Assembly (NCBI GenBank): GCA_013265495.1
Contig: MU058451.1
Location: forward strand, 1,960,167-2,024,166
Direction: 5' to 3'
Origin: Vicugna vicugna
Taxonomy: Eukaryota
Length of the DNA: 64,000 bases
Positions 41,321 through 53,967 of the stretch are shown here, in pieces. The notes under the pieces were generated by a model. It was not told where the DNA came from. It saw only the letters and a list, made by a program, of their open reading frames with translations, and ran no database searches. How positions within the stretch are numbered: position 1 is the first letter of the stretch; each line of letters starts with the position of its first letter. The position numbers and the translations under genes were made by a program.

Positions 41321-43706
41321 ATCACAAAGGCTCCTGAGGCAGCTGGGTCTTTCTCAGAGCACCACGTCCTTTACTTGACCTGGTGCTTCGTGGCAATGAG
41401 ACCCTCAGAGGTCCTCCCACTAGGAGTTCTTGTGCCTCTGCCTGTTGACTGAAAAACCATGATTTTTAGGCAGTAAATGATTTTAAAGTGTAAAATTTAT
41501 TATCTCACTAACTAGTCAATAAAATGTTGAGCTAATTAATAGCATAGCAAGCCATTCCACGGCAAGGGAAAATGTTACAGATCTTGAAAAACAAATATTT
41601 TCAGGCACTTGAAAGCATTTGCTATGCTAATTTCAAAGCCTTTTTTTTTCAATTTATTGATTAAAGAAGTCATTTACCAAGAACCAAGACTATAAGATAT
41701 TTTATTAACAAAGCTTGGGTCCAGATTGACATTTAAACAACGTGGCAACATTTTTATACAATTATTTATGGGTTTTGATTTATACATTCATACTGGTCTT
41801 CCCTTTTTAAATTATATGAAGTACATTTTATGGTATTAATAGTATCTTTAGGAAATGTATGCATTCAGCATTAAAATAAGTTAATTGATATTAACGAAAT
41901 ACTTCAGACCAAATGCTGTAGGCATGACAGCTGTTTTGTGGTATGGTAACTTCACCTTAAAATTTCTGGATCTAAATTGTAATATATACTATAAATCTAC
42001 ATATATAGTAAAATGGACAATAATATATAAAATAAAGAAAATTTCATACATGTCACATTTTTCCAAGATTTTTAGATAATGAAAAATATCCTTGACTCAT
42101 ATGAAAGCTTCAAATTTTTGAAGCCAGCATGGATTTGGGATGTTGAATAAGCAAGATAATTATCCCCCAACCTTTTTTTGTTTGTTTGTTTATTGGCATT
42201 AGCTAAAAAAACTTGTGAATTTATACATATAAAATAATATATTACATAGATAATAATAGTAAAAAAAACCTTTTACAAATACCATGCTCATCATCCAAAT
42301 ACAATTATTTTCCATTTTACATGATTCCTGCTACTTTTCTTATTACTACGTGTATATATTTCCTAGGTAAATCATGATTTACAGAATATTTTGTTCTATT
42401 TTCTCTGAATTCTATAATAAATATTTTCCCTATTTCTAGGTAGTCATTTTACTTTTTTAACTAAACGATTTAATATCATTTAAATGGCAGAAAACAGGTT
42501 TAAGAGTGTTGTCTCTCCTGTTTTTTAGAAAATCTCAGATTCCACCTCCACTCAACAATATCTTTTGAAGAACAATGGTGTATTTTGCCATGTAACTTGT
42601 GAGGCATTACAGCAGAAAGGTGAATAAGACACTGTCTGTGCCCTTGAGGAAATTATAACCTAATAAGGAAAAAGCAAGAACACACCCCAGAAATGTCCAG
42701 TAATTTCTACAGGTGCTATTTAATAAAATAATGCATTTCACTTTGCTGGGAGAAGGCTAGGAAGGATAAGAAGGGATCCCTGAACTGAGTTTGGAAAAGC
42801 TCCAGCATTAAAATTCTGAATGATTCCATGAGCTGGATTGGGTTCCCACTCCTGAAACGACATGAAAATCAGCTCTCTCAGAAAGAGGGACTTAGAAGCA
42901 ACCTTCAGTGTTGTCTTGTGCTGGCCACGCACTCCCTGAGCGCCCTTTACAACATCGCCCCCAAGTGGCTGAAGCCTCTGCTTGAACATGGGACCTCCCA
43001 GGATGCCAACCTTGCAGGCATCTTTCAGTCTCCTCACTAGGACTGTGCAGTGCTTCTGCAACAAGTTGCTTCACAGCTTCCAGCCCTTGCTTGCTATTTT
43101 AACTATTTAGTTTCCTAGATATATGTTAACATGTTCGTAAATTTAGTATTCTTGCATCAAGATTATGTATTTCCTTTGGCATGTATACAACCAAGCAAGG
43201 GTGGGAAGTCACTTTGACTATGTAAAATATGAAATTTTAATTTCATTTGATAGGATCATCTGCTGCTCCAGGCCTAGGAGCCCCTGATTTCAGAAGTCAC
43301 TGGGGTTTTCTAAATGAAAGAAAAAGCCAAATGAAAATGATTGTCCGAATAAGACAAGGCACGAAACAACAAATATGTTTGCCACAAAACCTGGATATTC
43401 CGGGCAAATAGCTGGTTGAGGGCATCAGTAGATGAATGTTTTCCCCATGAAGCCCCACTAATTGTCTCAATTCCCCAACTCACTATAAATAGACAGACCT
43501 TCCCTGATACTCACTGCAGCAGGAGAGCTAGGGTAGAACAGAGGTCTCTGTGGGAAGCAAATTAAATTCTCTCCCTTAACACTCATGCTTCTCATCATAT
43601 ATCGCAAGCCAGGCCTACCCCACTGCGTCCAGTGTCCCCCTTAACATTTATTTCATGTGCGTGTTTCTTCCTGAATTACATTCTTTCTGGCATGAATTCT
43701 AAATAT

Positions 43707-43729
43707 TGCTGCTGCTGCTGCTGCTGCTG
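43707..43729. repeat. (TGC)n microsatellite
   Basis: Directly visible; explains the poly-Cys ORF 43632..43817. Confidence 0.9.
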
Positions 43730-43979
43730 GGGAGGTTTATTTCCACCAGTGAGGCTCACTGTGCATTTAGAATATAGAAAAATAACCAGATGCTTGCTAT
43801 CTTCATCTTATCAATAAAAATAAGTCATAAAATCAAGCCCTTAACTGAAAGATTTATCTGTTTTCCAATATGAAAGAGCTGGGAGCTTTTGGCTCTAACA
43901 ATCCCAGCCCTTACTGGCTACTTGATTTGTCAAGCTTGGCTTCCTTATCAGTAGAGTGGGGATCATAGTATATACTTTA

Positions 43980-44290
43980 GAGCAGTGCTTTTCAGACTCT
44001 CAGCTGAAGCACCAGTTTCTTTTTTTTCTTTTTTTTTTTTTTTGCTTCCTTTCCTGTTTCTTTGCAGTTTCCAATTTGTTGTGGATCAATACTCTCATAA
44101 AAAAAAAAAGTGAAAAGTAAATTGAGATGAAGCATGATCATCTCTTGGCTGTTTGTGCAGTGTCAAATTGTCTTCAAAAAAATTCTCAGTGCTTACTCTC
44201 AGTGTCTGTACTGTACTTATCTTCCATGGGTTAGTGACAATTTGCATATGGGCCTGGGTCCGCAGACCACACTTTGAGTAGCGCTGATTA
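43980..44290. mobile_element. hAT-Charlie (MER5-like) DNA transposon inserted in a MIR
   Basis: Ends cagtgcttttca... and ...ccacactttgagtagcgctg resemble Charlie terminal inverted repeats; MIR-like flanks. Confidence 0.5.
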
Positions 44291-45227
44291 AAGGACTGAT
44301 CTATGACTTACCATGTAAAACACCTAAAACAAAGCAAGGCATAATACAAACTAGGTCTAAGTAATGCTACTATCATTTCCCTTCTCTTAAAATTCATTAT
44401 TATTCAAATCAGTTATTAGTTGATCCTCTACCTCTCTGTTCAACAATTATTTATTGAAAATTTATTGGGTTGGCCACTGTGCTAAATAGTGGGGTATGGT
44501 AATGAAAAAGAACCCCAATTCTTACCGTCAAGGAGTTTATGTGCCACTGAAAAGTTTTCACTAAAATACCAAAAAAATTTGAAATTAAAAATCTAACATT
44601 ATAAAGTCATTATACTTTTTTCACTTTTATGTCTTAATATTTTTTATTTTTCAGTATTTTCTCATCTTTGACACTATTTAATATACACTCACAACACACA
44701 CACATGCCCACACATTATTTATTTTAAGGCCCAGCTGATTATTAATTATTCTCATTTTCTTAGCCTCAAAAAAGAAGAATTTCCCCCACCAGCCTTGTAA
44801 TTCTTTCTTTCACAATGTGTAAATCAGAGTTCTTTTTGGTTTCATTGGGATTAGTTCTACCAACCTTCTTGATAATTCTAAGCACGACTTTTATATGACT
44901 ATAAAATCCATTTTTCCTAAACACAGGCTCTCTTACTCAGTCTGCCAATCATCATTTAAAATAGATCATATAAACCAGTGTTCTGCTTACTTTTAAAAAT
45001 CCCCTGTCCATTGAAAATTTATAGACATTTAGAATGAGAAAGTTAAATCTCTTTATTGCTTGGGAGAAGAGCTAGCCAAAAATGCTTTTTAAAAGCAGGA
45101 TCCCTGCTAGTATCCATTTTTCAATAGTTCTTCAGTAGCACAAGGTATCTTTGTCTTTCTGTTACCACCACCATGTAGCATGAAGCGGGGGTGGGATGGA
45201 GCAGTCTTCAAGAAAACTGAGACTTTG

Positions 45228-45428
45228 CTACAAATAATAAATGCTGGAGACGGTGTGGACAAGAGGGAACCCTCCTGCACTGTTGGTGGGAATGCAAATT
45301 GGTGCAGCCACTAGAGAAAAGAGTATGGAGGTTTCTTAAAAAACTAAAAATAGAACCAACCTACGACCCAGCAATCCCACTCCTGGGCATATGTCCAGAA
45401 AAAGCAAAAACTCTAATTTGAAAAGATG
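45228..45428 (+). mobile_element. Internal L1 ORF2 C-terminal fragment
   Basis: aataaatgctggagacggtgtgga...cactgttggtgggaatgcaaattggtgcagccact...gacccagcaatcccactcctgggcatat. Confidence 0.9.
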
Positions 45429-46007
45429 AACTTCTATCACTTTCTAGCAAATGGCAAGAATCCTGCCAGAGCAGGAAGTTTACTCTCCGCAGGGCTCCCG
45501 CAGAGCACCTGCGTACTGAGGCTCTGCAGCTCTGAAATGTCAAATGGCTCCACGTGAGGGCAGGGAAGATTCCAACACGACCACTGGCCTGATTTGTTCA
45601 CGAAGCCGTTGTGCTGCTGGGCAACGCCCCTGGAGGAAAAAGCTGATGTTTACCTCGAGCGAGCAATGGGTTCTTTCTTTTTCTCTTCATTCCTTCCTTC
45701 TTTCCTCCATAACCAGCTCCCTCCTTTCCTTCCTCCCTTCCTTCCTTTCCTTGTGTCTTTTAATGTAGTAGCTACTAGAAAATCACATGCTGCTGAGTTC
45801 TGAGATTTCCCCACTGCCTTTCCAGACTCTTGATCAGATATGAGAAAATCTGATGTGTGTGTGTATAAAGGATAAAAAGGAATTTAGGGAACAAAAGACT
45901 CATTTCCTTGTTTCTGATATTAAAAGAGTACGTAACTAGCAGCCTTATTTGTGCACAGAGAGTGCTCTCTTCAATTTAATTCCAATACGTCCTGTCTCTG
46001 CTCTTCT

Positions 46008-46305
46008 TAGTCCAATACAGCAGCCACTACCTACATGACTGCTGCGCACGGGAAATGTGACTGAGACGCTCTAAGTGTAAAATACACACCAGATTTTGCA
46101 GACTTAGAGAAAAAAAGAGAGAGTTTCAAATACCACTTTAATAAATATTTTGTTGATTATATGTATAATATTTTAGATATACTGGGTTAAATTAAATATA
46201 TTATTGACCTCAGTTTCACCCACTTCTTTTTGATCTTTTTAATGGGACTACTAGAAACTTTAAAATTACACTGGTGACTCACATTGTGTTTCGATTTAGA
46301 TAATG
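46008..46305 (+). mobile_element. MER33-like hAT-Charlie element
   Basis: gtccaatacagcagccacta...aagtgtaaaatacacaccagattt...ttttagatatactgggttaaat...ctactagaaactttaaaattaca. Confidence 0.75.
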
Positions 46306-47368
46306 TCAAGTACTGCTTTAGATAATGTCAAGTACTATGAAATGTATTCCAGATGATTTTTATTTTCTCAAAATCTCTTCATTGTCAAAATCTTGTCAGG
46401 AAAACCAGGAGAAAAGATATTAACTCTGTCCACAAAGCCTAGTGCTTTCCATGCATCTTAAAATCTTATTCTCAAAATAGTTTCCTTTCTGCACCTTAAA
46501 AACTGACTGAAGGAACCATATCTTAGGTTTCCATTGAGGTTCCCTAGAAGGGCACTCAAAAATATCATTAACTGAGTCACACTAATTAAAAAGGCTGCCA
46601 GTTCTTACAGATTGAACTTGAAGTTTTTAGAAGACTTTTGAAGGTGATTTTCTTCCCAAATACGACTTTAAGGACAAATATAATTCTCTTTGCACTAACA
46701 CACCATGCTTTTCATGACCATTTCTACTACTTTTCTACTAATTAAAAAAGAGATTTATATTATTTATCAGCAGTATTACATGTTCCATTATATTTATTGC
46801 TTTGTTTATACTTGTACTACTGTGATACAAACTACAGTTGAAATACTGCAGGCCTTACACAATTCTATTGTATTAATCTTAGTTTTGTAGCAGACAATAT
46901 TACTAAATATTTATGTGGGATGGGAAAGCAATCAATAGGCATATTCTGCAGCGGATAATCTACAACTGAATAGGTTCACCGTAATCGTTCTCTGCACCGG
47001 ATGGTGGAGATACTCCAATAGAATCTGACGGTTAATTTCTCAGTCTTATTTCCCTATGGAAAAGTCTTCTATCAATGAATAGCCAACAGTGAGCAAGGAT
47101 GAACAAATTATTTACTCACCCATGGTTTTAGAAGTTTGGTCATTGTAATTTATAAAGTCGAGCCTTGTGTTGTATCAGGTAGCTTTTTATGTTCATATGG
47201 ATGATTTACTTTGGGATTTCACATACATAAAATTCAGAAAATAAGTCTATGATTGTAACGCTTTCTCATTAACACATTGTAGTCAATAACACCAAAACAC
47301 CGACTATTTGGAGAGTGTCTGCACTAGCATATGGTTAATAAATTCCACCTCTGCATAGAGCAATAAGC

Positions 47369-47369
<1 letters not shown>

Positions 47370-47402
<33 letters not shown>
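47370..47402. repeat. (TG)n microsatellite
   Basis: Directly visible. Confidence 0.95.
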
Positions 47403-47404
<2 letters not shown>

Positions 47405-47539
47405 GCTAAATTATTGGTTTCTATTCAGTTCTACTGAAAAGAGCGCTAAATTTGGAATCAGTAGGTTTGGATCCAACAAAGCACAGTTGATACTTATCAT
47501 CTGTGTTATCTTGGGCAACCTGCTTATAATAGACACTGT

Positions 47540-47900
47540 TTATTCCTCATCCAGATCCCCTTTACTGGGTCAGTACACCGATGCTCAATTGCTCTGAGGG
47601 TTGGCTGCTAACAGAGCAGAGCTGCTCCCTATTCACAGAAGGCCAAGAGGAGCTGCCTTGCCCAGGAAGTTACACATCCTGCCCCATTTCCACCCAGGGC
47701 AGCCTGCAGCCCATGACTGAGCTGGCACAGGGTGGAAAGGACCAGCTCCCTTTGTTAAGGAAGGACCAGTTCTATAATGCAACACGCTCCAGGGCTCCCC
47801 GTGGGGTCAGGCTGAAGCTAGTCTCCTGCTGAGTACGTCTCAGCTCCGTTGCACTAGTCCCTGTCTCTAGCACATGCCTTTCAGAGATCACCCTTGGTCA
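47540..47900 (+). mobile_element. LTR16-like ERVL solo LTR
   Basis: gggcagcctgcagcccatgactg...gctccagggctccccgtggggtcaggctgaagctag resembles LTR16C. Confidence 0.7.
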
Positions 47901-48067
47901 AGCTTGAATTGCTCTCACACAAAAGCAACTAAAAGTAGTTAGAGCCTGATGATCCAGCTACATCTGTTAACACTAAAATCTATTCTCCACCATAGCTTCT
48001 TAAGAATCTGCCTGAAATTGCAGTTTGCCTTTGCATATGGAGCTCTTCAAGACTGGAGTATCTCAGA

Positions 48068-48157
48068 GGGAGAGTATAGCTCAGTAGCAGAGCACATGCT
48101 TGGCATGCCTGAGGTCCTGGGCTCGTTCCCCAGTGCCACTATTTAAAAAAAAAAAAA
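48068..48157 (+). mobile_element. Camelid-type tRNA-derived SINE (short form)
   Basis: gggagagtatagctcagtagcagagcacatgcttggcatgcctgaggtcctgggctcgttccccagt followed by poly-A. Confidence 0.88.
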
Positions 48158-48396
48158 GTGAAATTAACATTAATGACATATTTTATTTAGCCCAATATCT
48201 CCAACATATTATCATTTCAGTGTATAAGCAATATAAAAATTATTAATATTTTCTATTCTTTTTTGTAATACTAAGTGTCTGAAATCTCTTGTGTGTTTTA
48301 CACTCACAGCAGATTCCAACTTGGGTTCATCACATTTAAAGTCCTCAATAGCTGCACGTGGCTAGTGGCCATCACATGGGACAAGGCAGATCTAGA
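48158..48396 (-). mobile_element. MER33-like element, antisense
   Basis: tattttatttagcccaatat...gtgttttacactcacagca...tcaatagctgcacgtggctagtggcc. Confidence 0.75.
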
Positions 48397-49059
48397 CAGT
48401 TAGCTTCCGGGTAAGGCACAACCACAACCACCACAACCACCACAACAACAAAAACCTGAGAACAAGTTGAACAGAACTGATAAAATCTCATTGAAAAGAC
48501 CGTGAAGGAGTCAGTTGTCTGAGAATTTAGAGGCTTGAATTATCTGGTTTGGCTTCCTGTGCTGATGGGATAAAATGTTTCCATCAGTTTCTACATAATA
48601 TCTGGAGATAGTTTATGTATTATCATCACTTGAAAGAAAGGCAGCATTTCCTTCATTCTTCATAGATCATATTTCTTATTTCTAAAACTACAGATGCAGA
48701 GGAAAGAGCTGGATGCAATTAAAGAGCATTGTACCATGTGACAATTTTTTAAATTCTGAAAGATAGTATTCATATTTCAGGGGGCAAAAGCCAACAACTG
48801 GATTATTTGCAAGTAACAGGATTTCTTCCCTTGTTCCCAGAATCAGCATTATAGCTTATCTCAGTTGATCAATTTATTAATATCACAGAATGAATGAGAT
48901 TCAACAAAGGAGCCAGACCCCCTCCCCCACCGCAGGAATACAGGGAAACACAGAAGTCAACTCTATGGGTAGAAAGACTGCGATTCTCTTTCATACGCCT
49001 ACGCATCCTTTGCATCTAGTTCAAGGACTGACATGTATTTACTAAGAAATATAATCTTT

Positions 49060-49700
49060 TTTTATTCACTCTTTTACTCATTTGTACAGTAAATACTTAC
49101 TGAGCACTTAGGTACAGACCTTGTTCTGGGCTTTGGGACTATGCAGTCACTGCCTTTCAGACATTTACCAAGTCTGTGATATGCATGGTGAAATGTGCTA
49201 GATTTTTTGGAAACAGGGTGGAACCTGGTCCATAAGGTCAGGGGAGGCCTTCCAGAGGAAGGGTTATTAAGGTGAGGACTGAAGGAGGAGTGGGAGGGAG
49301 TTGGCCAGTTGAGTAGAAAGGGGCAGGACAGCCCAGGCAAAGGAAAGACGTGTGGAAGATCCAAACTTAAGAGAGCATATGGTGGTCTTGGCTTCCAGAA
49401 GCCAGCTTTCCAGGAACTGGAAATGTCCGTGATGAGAGGAAGAGAGAAAGTATGGGCTAGAATGATGGTTAATGAGGCTGGAGGAGGAGGAAAGGAGTCA
49501 GCTCACAAAGAGACAGAAGTGTTAAAATGGCAGGTGCCCTGAGATGGTTGGTTGCAATCGGTTAAAATGACTGGAACCAGGGAAGCAGTGGGAGCAGGGT
49601 AGATGAAATGGAAAACACAGGTTGAGACCGCAGGCAGTAAATGGACGAAAGGGTAAAGAATAATGAGCAGTCAGAAAAAAAATTAAGGGGATTTCATGTT
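49060..49700 (-). mobile_element. L2 fragment
   Basis: ttcactc...aaatacttactgagcactta...ggtcaggggaggccttccagaggaa...ccaggcaaaggaaagacg. Confidence 0.7.
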
Positions 49701-49779
49701 TAATCACGGTGAAAAAACAACACTGTATTTGGACCAATTATCAAACTACAGCAACCTTGGAAGGGAGATCCTGTCATCA

Positions 49780-49970
49780 AAAAACTTGGTATTCTCAGGC
49801 CCTGTGCATATATTATCTTATTTCCCCCGGCAGCATATTTTGCCATAAAGAAACGGAAGCTCAGGATGGTTTTGTAACCAGCCCAAGACTATATGTTAAT
49901 AAATGGTGTGCAAGGGATGTAAACTCAGATGTGTCGAGCCACAGTGCCCAGGCTTTCCACGAGGCCCATT
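49780..49970 (-). mobile_element. MIR
   Basis: attttgccataaagaaacggaagctcagg...cccaag...aaatggtg...aaactcagatgtgtc. Confidence 0.6.
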
Positions 49971-50397
49971 AAAAAAGGGAATCTTAGCCAGTCTTTAAAG
50001 AGTAACCTTTCGAGTTAAAAATGGAGTTCAGCCTCTGACATTAAAAGTTCTATTGGAAAAGTTGTTAAGCCTTATCTGTTTGGCCTTAGTGTTAAAACGG
50101 GACTTTTACTAGTTCCCCTTCCTTTCTACGTGCATAAGTAGTCATAAGATAATATGTGTGCAGTGCTTTGAGCTAGCAGAATGCATGGTGACACATAAAA
50201 ATCCATGTGTTTATTGTCGAATTTCTAAATCATATAGTTCCCATTTTTAGAAATTAGAACATGTTTTAAAATATGCTAAAAAGATTAACCAAATTAAATT
50301 GGACTGGCCCAGTAATATTTTATGAGATGTCTTTTATAATGTTAAGATATATCTTAAGAAGACCACCATCAAGTCCATTAAAAATAATGCTATGCTA

Positions 50398-50576
50398 TAG
50401 ATAAACAAGATTATACTGTAAAGCACAGAGAAATATACACAAGATCTTATGGTAGCTCACAGAGAAAAAAATGACAATGAATATATATATGTTCATGTAT
50501 AACTGAAAAATTGTGCTCTACACTGGAATTTGACACAACATTGTAAAATGATTATAAATCAATAAAAAATGTTAAA
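50398..50576 (+). mobile_element. Young camelid-type L1 tail with TSD
   Basis: gaaatatacacaagatcttatggtagctcac...aaattgtgctctacactggaatttgacacaacattgtaaaatga...aataaaaaatgttaaaa; TSD aaaaataatgctatgcta ~50380-50397 / aaaaatagcgctatgcta ~50577-50594. Confidence 0.9.
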
Positions 50577-52034
50577 AAAAATAGCGCTATGCTAATTTTA
50601 TAAAAAGAAGAGTACTTTTGCAAGAAAAAAAAATGCTTAGATTAGGGAGTAACTTTAACTCTTTACTTCATGATATGCCATTAGCCTTTTTCTTTACTGA
50701 AATTGTTATTTTCCGTAACTGCATTTTTAAAGTGTTAAGGCACAGAAACCGAGGAGGAATATTCCCACTTTGCAGCACAAATTTGCTTTCTCTCCAGAGT
50801 TTAGCACTGTGGTCATAGTCCTTTAGTAAAATGATGCTTCTCAAGAAAAGACGTGGAAGCAAAGTGGGCAATATATGAGGTTTCAAGATAGTTGTCACTA
50901 TATTGCCATGAGTCTCCCCTCTGGAATCTACTCTGACTACCAGTGGCCTTGCAAAGTGACTGCAGAATGGGACCTCCTGGGGATCTGGCTTTTGTTGTAG
51001 CTTCTGCTCCTCCCGAGTGCATATTGTCTTACAGTGGTCTGAGCTGCTCCTCTCCCTGGAAACTTTCCCTGAATAAACGCAACTCACCAAGGGAAATAAT
51101 GGTCTCTGTTTTCTGCACCCTTTGTCTCGTGTAAATTACTCTTGGCTTCAAGAACGGGGCTTTTAATCTTGTTTTCCTCCATCACCAATATATACAGGAT
51201 TACACGAATGCTAAATGATTGCTCCTGCAATAAAAACGTCCTCGTAGATGGTCCCTGAAACCTTTGGTTTTTCACAATAATGCCTCCAATTTTTAAAGCA
51301 TGAGTTTCCTAAAGGAAAAAATATCTCAGCATGAATCCAGGACACAAAAGTGTTTGGTCTCAGCAGGTCCCTGTAAGGGAGATAGACGGTAGAGTGGTTT
51401 GTTGTGGTTACTGCCATCTTATAGAAGGGGAGGCACCAAAAGGGGCTAATCTGAGATTCCTCAGGGGAGAGCAAGTAGTTGAAAATTTTGCTGTGGGATA
51501 TTATCAAACATTGCTGTTTTCTTATCAGTTTTCAGTGCTTTGATTACTGTTTTAAACAACAGATTTAGTGAGGTATAATTCACATTCCATACAATTTGTC
51601 CACTGAAAATGTACATTTCAGTGTTTTCTAGTATATTCCCGGAGTTGTACATTCGTCATCACAATCAATTTTAAAACATTTTCATTACCTGCAAAAGAAA
51701 CTCTGCATCCCTTAGCCACCACCTTTCAATCTCTCCACCTCCCTTGCTGGCCCCAGGCAACCACTAATCTACTTTCTGTCTCTAGAGATTTGCTTATTCT
51801 GGGCATTTCATATAAATGAAATCATACAATATAGAGTCTTTTGTGACTGGCTTTTTTCACATAGCATAGTGATTTCAAGATTCAATCATAATATAGTATA
51901 TATCAGTATTTTATTTCTTTTATTGCCAAATAATATTTCATTGTGTGGATCTACTACATTTTATTTACGTATTCATCAGCTAATGAGCATTTGAGTTATT
52001 TCCACCATTTGGTTATTAAGAATAATGCTGTGAT

Positions 52035-52158
52035 CCAGCAGAAAAAAATGTGACAATGAATATATGTATGTTCATGTATAACTGAAAAATTGTGCTCTAC
52101 ACTGGAATTTGACACAACATTGTAAAATGACTATAACTCAAAAAATGTTAAAAAAAAA
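52035..52158 (+). mobile_element. Young L1 tail nested in old L1, perfect 17-bp TSD
   Basis: TSD aagaataatgctgtgat at 52018-52034 and 52159-52175; poly-A tail. Confidence 0.93.
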
Positions 52159-52213
52159 AAGAATAATGCTGTGATGAGCATTTATGTACAGGTCTTTATG
52201 TTCATATATTTTC

Positions 52214-52653
52214 TTTTTTTACTGTTTTTTTTTATTGAGTTATAATCATTTTACAATGTTGTGTCAAATTCCAGTGTTGAGCACAATTTTTCAGTTATAC
52301 ATGAACATACATATATTCATTGTCACATTTTTTTCTCTGTGAGCTACCATAAGATCTTGTGTATATTTCCCTGTGCTATACAGTATAATCTTGTTTATCT
52401 ATTCTACAATTTTGAAATCCCAGTCTATCCCTTCCCACCCTCCGCCCCCCTGGCAACCACAAGTCTGTATTCTCTGTCTATGAGTCTATTTCTGTCCTGT
52501 ATTTATGCTTTGTTTTTGTTTGTTTGTTTTTTGTTTTTGTTTTTTAGATTCCACATATGAGCGATCTCATATGGTATTTTTCTTTCTCTTTCTGGCTTTC
52601 TTCACTTAGAATGACATTCTCCAGGAGCATCCATGTTGCTGCAAATGGCGTTA
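52214..52653 (-). mobile_element. Young L1 3' end nested in old L1, 17-bp TSD
   Basis: TSD tatgttcatatattttc 52197-52213 / tatgttgatatattttc 52654-52670; poly-T at left; ORF 52544..52726 contains ORF2 C-terminal-like PFAATWMLLENVILSE. Confidence 0.93.
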
Positions 52654-53967
52654 TATGTTGATATATTTTCATTTCTCTTGAGTATATACCCAGAAGTGCA
52701 ATTGCTCCGTCATGTGATAACTCCATGTTTAACCTTTTAGGGAACTGTCAGACTGTTTTCCAATAAGGCTGCACCATTCTACATTTCCATTAGCAGTATA
52801 TGAGGACTCTAATTTCTCTGTGTCCTCACCAATACTTGTTATTATCTGTCTCCTTGATTCTAGCCATCCTAGTGGGTGGGAAGTGATATCTCACTGTGGT
52901 TTTGATTTGCATTTCCCTGATAGCTAATGAGGCTGAGCATTCTTCATGTGCTTATTAGCCGTCTGTCTTGATGTTCTTTTTACATCTGCTTCTCTGCTGG
53001 GTTCTAAAAGCAACACCACTCAAATGACAAGTAATGGCTGGAGTCCTTTAAATAAAGGGTTGGCCGTTTCTACTTGTATCTATAAAACTGCCTTTCCGTT
53101 TGCCTGGAGAAGCAATATCCCATAGCAAGCAGGCCTTTCACTGGTGTCTGAGGAAATATATTTTAAAAGAAGACATCATTCTTACTCTTAAGGTATTAAG
53201 GAAATTAAAAGGCAAAGTCCATTCCCTCACCCTCTTCTTAATCCATCCTTAAATAGCCACAAGAACAGATGAGCATCTCCTTGGCTATTTCTCCAACACA
53301 TGATGTATCTTTTTGAAGAATGAACCAATATGCCTCTTAAAGGAAAGGTTTCCCATCTACCTGGCCAATGGTCGAGTTCACACCAGCAAGACAATTAATT
53401 CACTTTTGCCCAAATCCAAATAGCTTAAATAATTGATGGGAAAGTATTTGAAGTTAGGGTTTGAAAATTACCAAAAAAAAAAATTTTTTTATCTAGCTCA
53501 TTAAATTTGAATTTTGATCTGTAGTTTGTGAAATCAGAAGGTTCCACATTTTGTAAGTGTTAGAAAGCTGGAAGGGACCTCATCTCCTCATTTCACAAAT
53601 GGGGAAAGGCAGGCTCAGGACACTGAGGGACTAACTCAGATCCATACGTGACACTGGGCGAAGTGGGACCAGGATACATGTGTCAGGTCCCGCTGTTTAA
53701 TATATTTTCCGTAACACCAGGCTGTCTCTCTATCTAGACCCATCTAGTTCTGTCAGTCACTTTAAATGCGTATCAGGGGGAAAACGTTAAGGACCTGGTT
53801 TTGTGGAGATGAACTAAGAATCAAGTGTCCTAGAAGAGAGGAGCCTTTTCCTGAATAACTCAGACTGAGGAAATTGACTGGACTGAGTGCCTTCACTTGT
53901 ACGGAGCTACCCCTCAGCTGGTGGTTTTCAAACTGTAGGTCTCGACCCAAACAGGAGTCATGAAATC

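Larger units (their letters stand above)
51545..52965 (-). mobile_element. Older L1M (L1MA/MB-like) 3' region hosting two younger L1 insertions
   Basis: gaggtataattcacattccatacaattt...ggcaaccactaatctactttctgtctct...ttttgatttgcatttccctgatagctaatga; continuous once the nested inserts are removed. Confidence 0.9.

Noticed and set aside
46008..48396. Inverted MER33 pair as a composite transposon
   Set aside because: The copies are strongly diverged, one is truncated, and no shared 8-bp TSD is visible; independent old insertions are more likely
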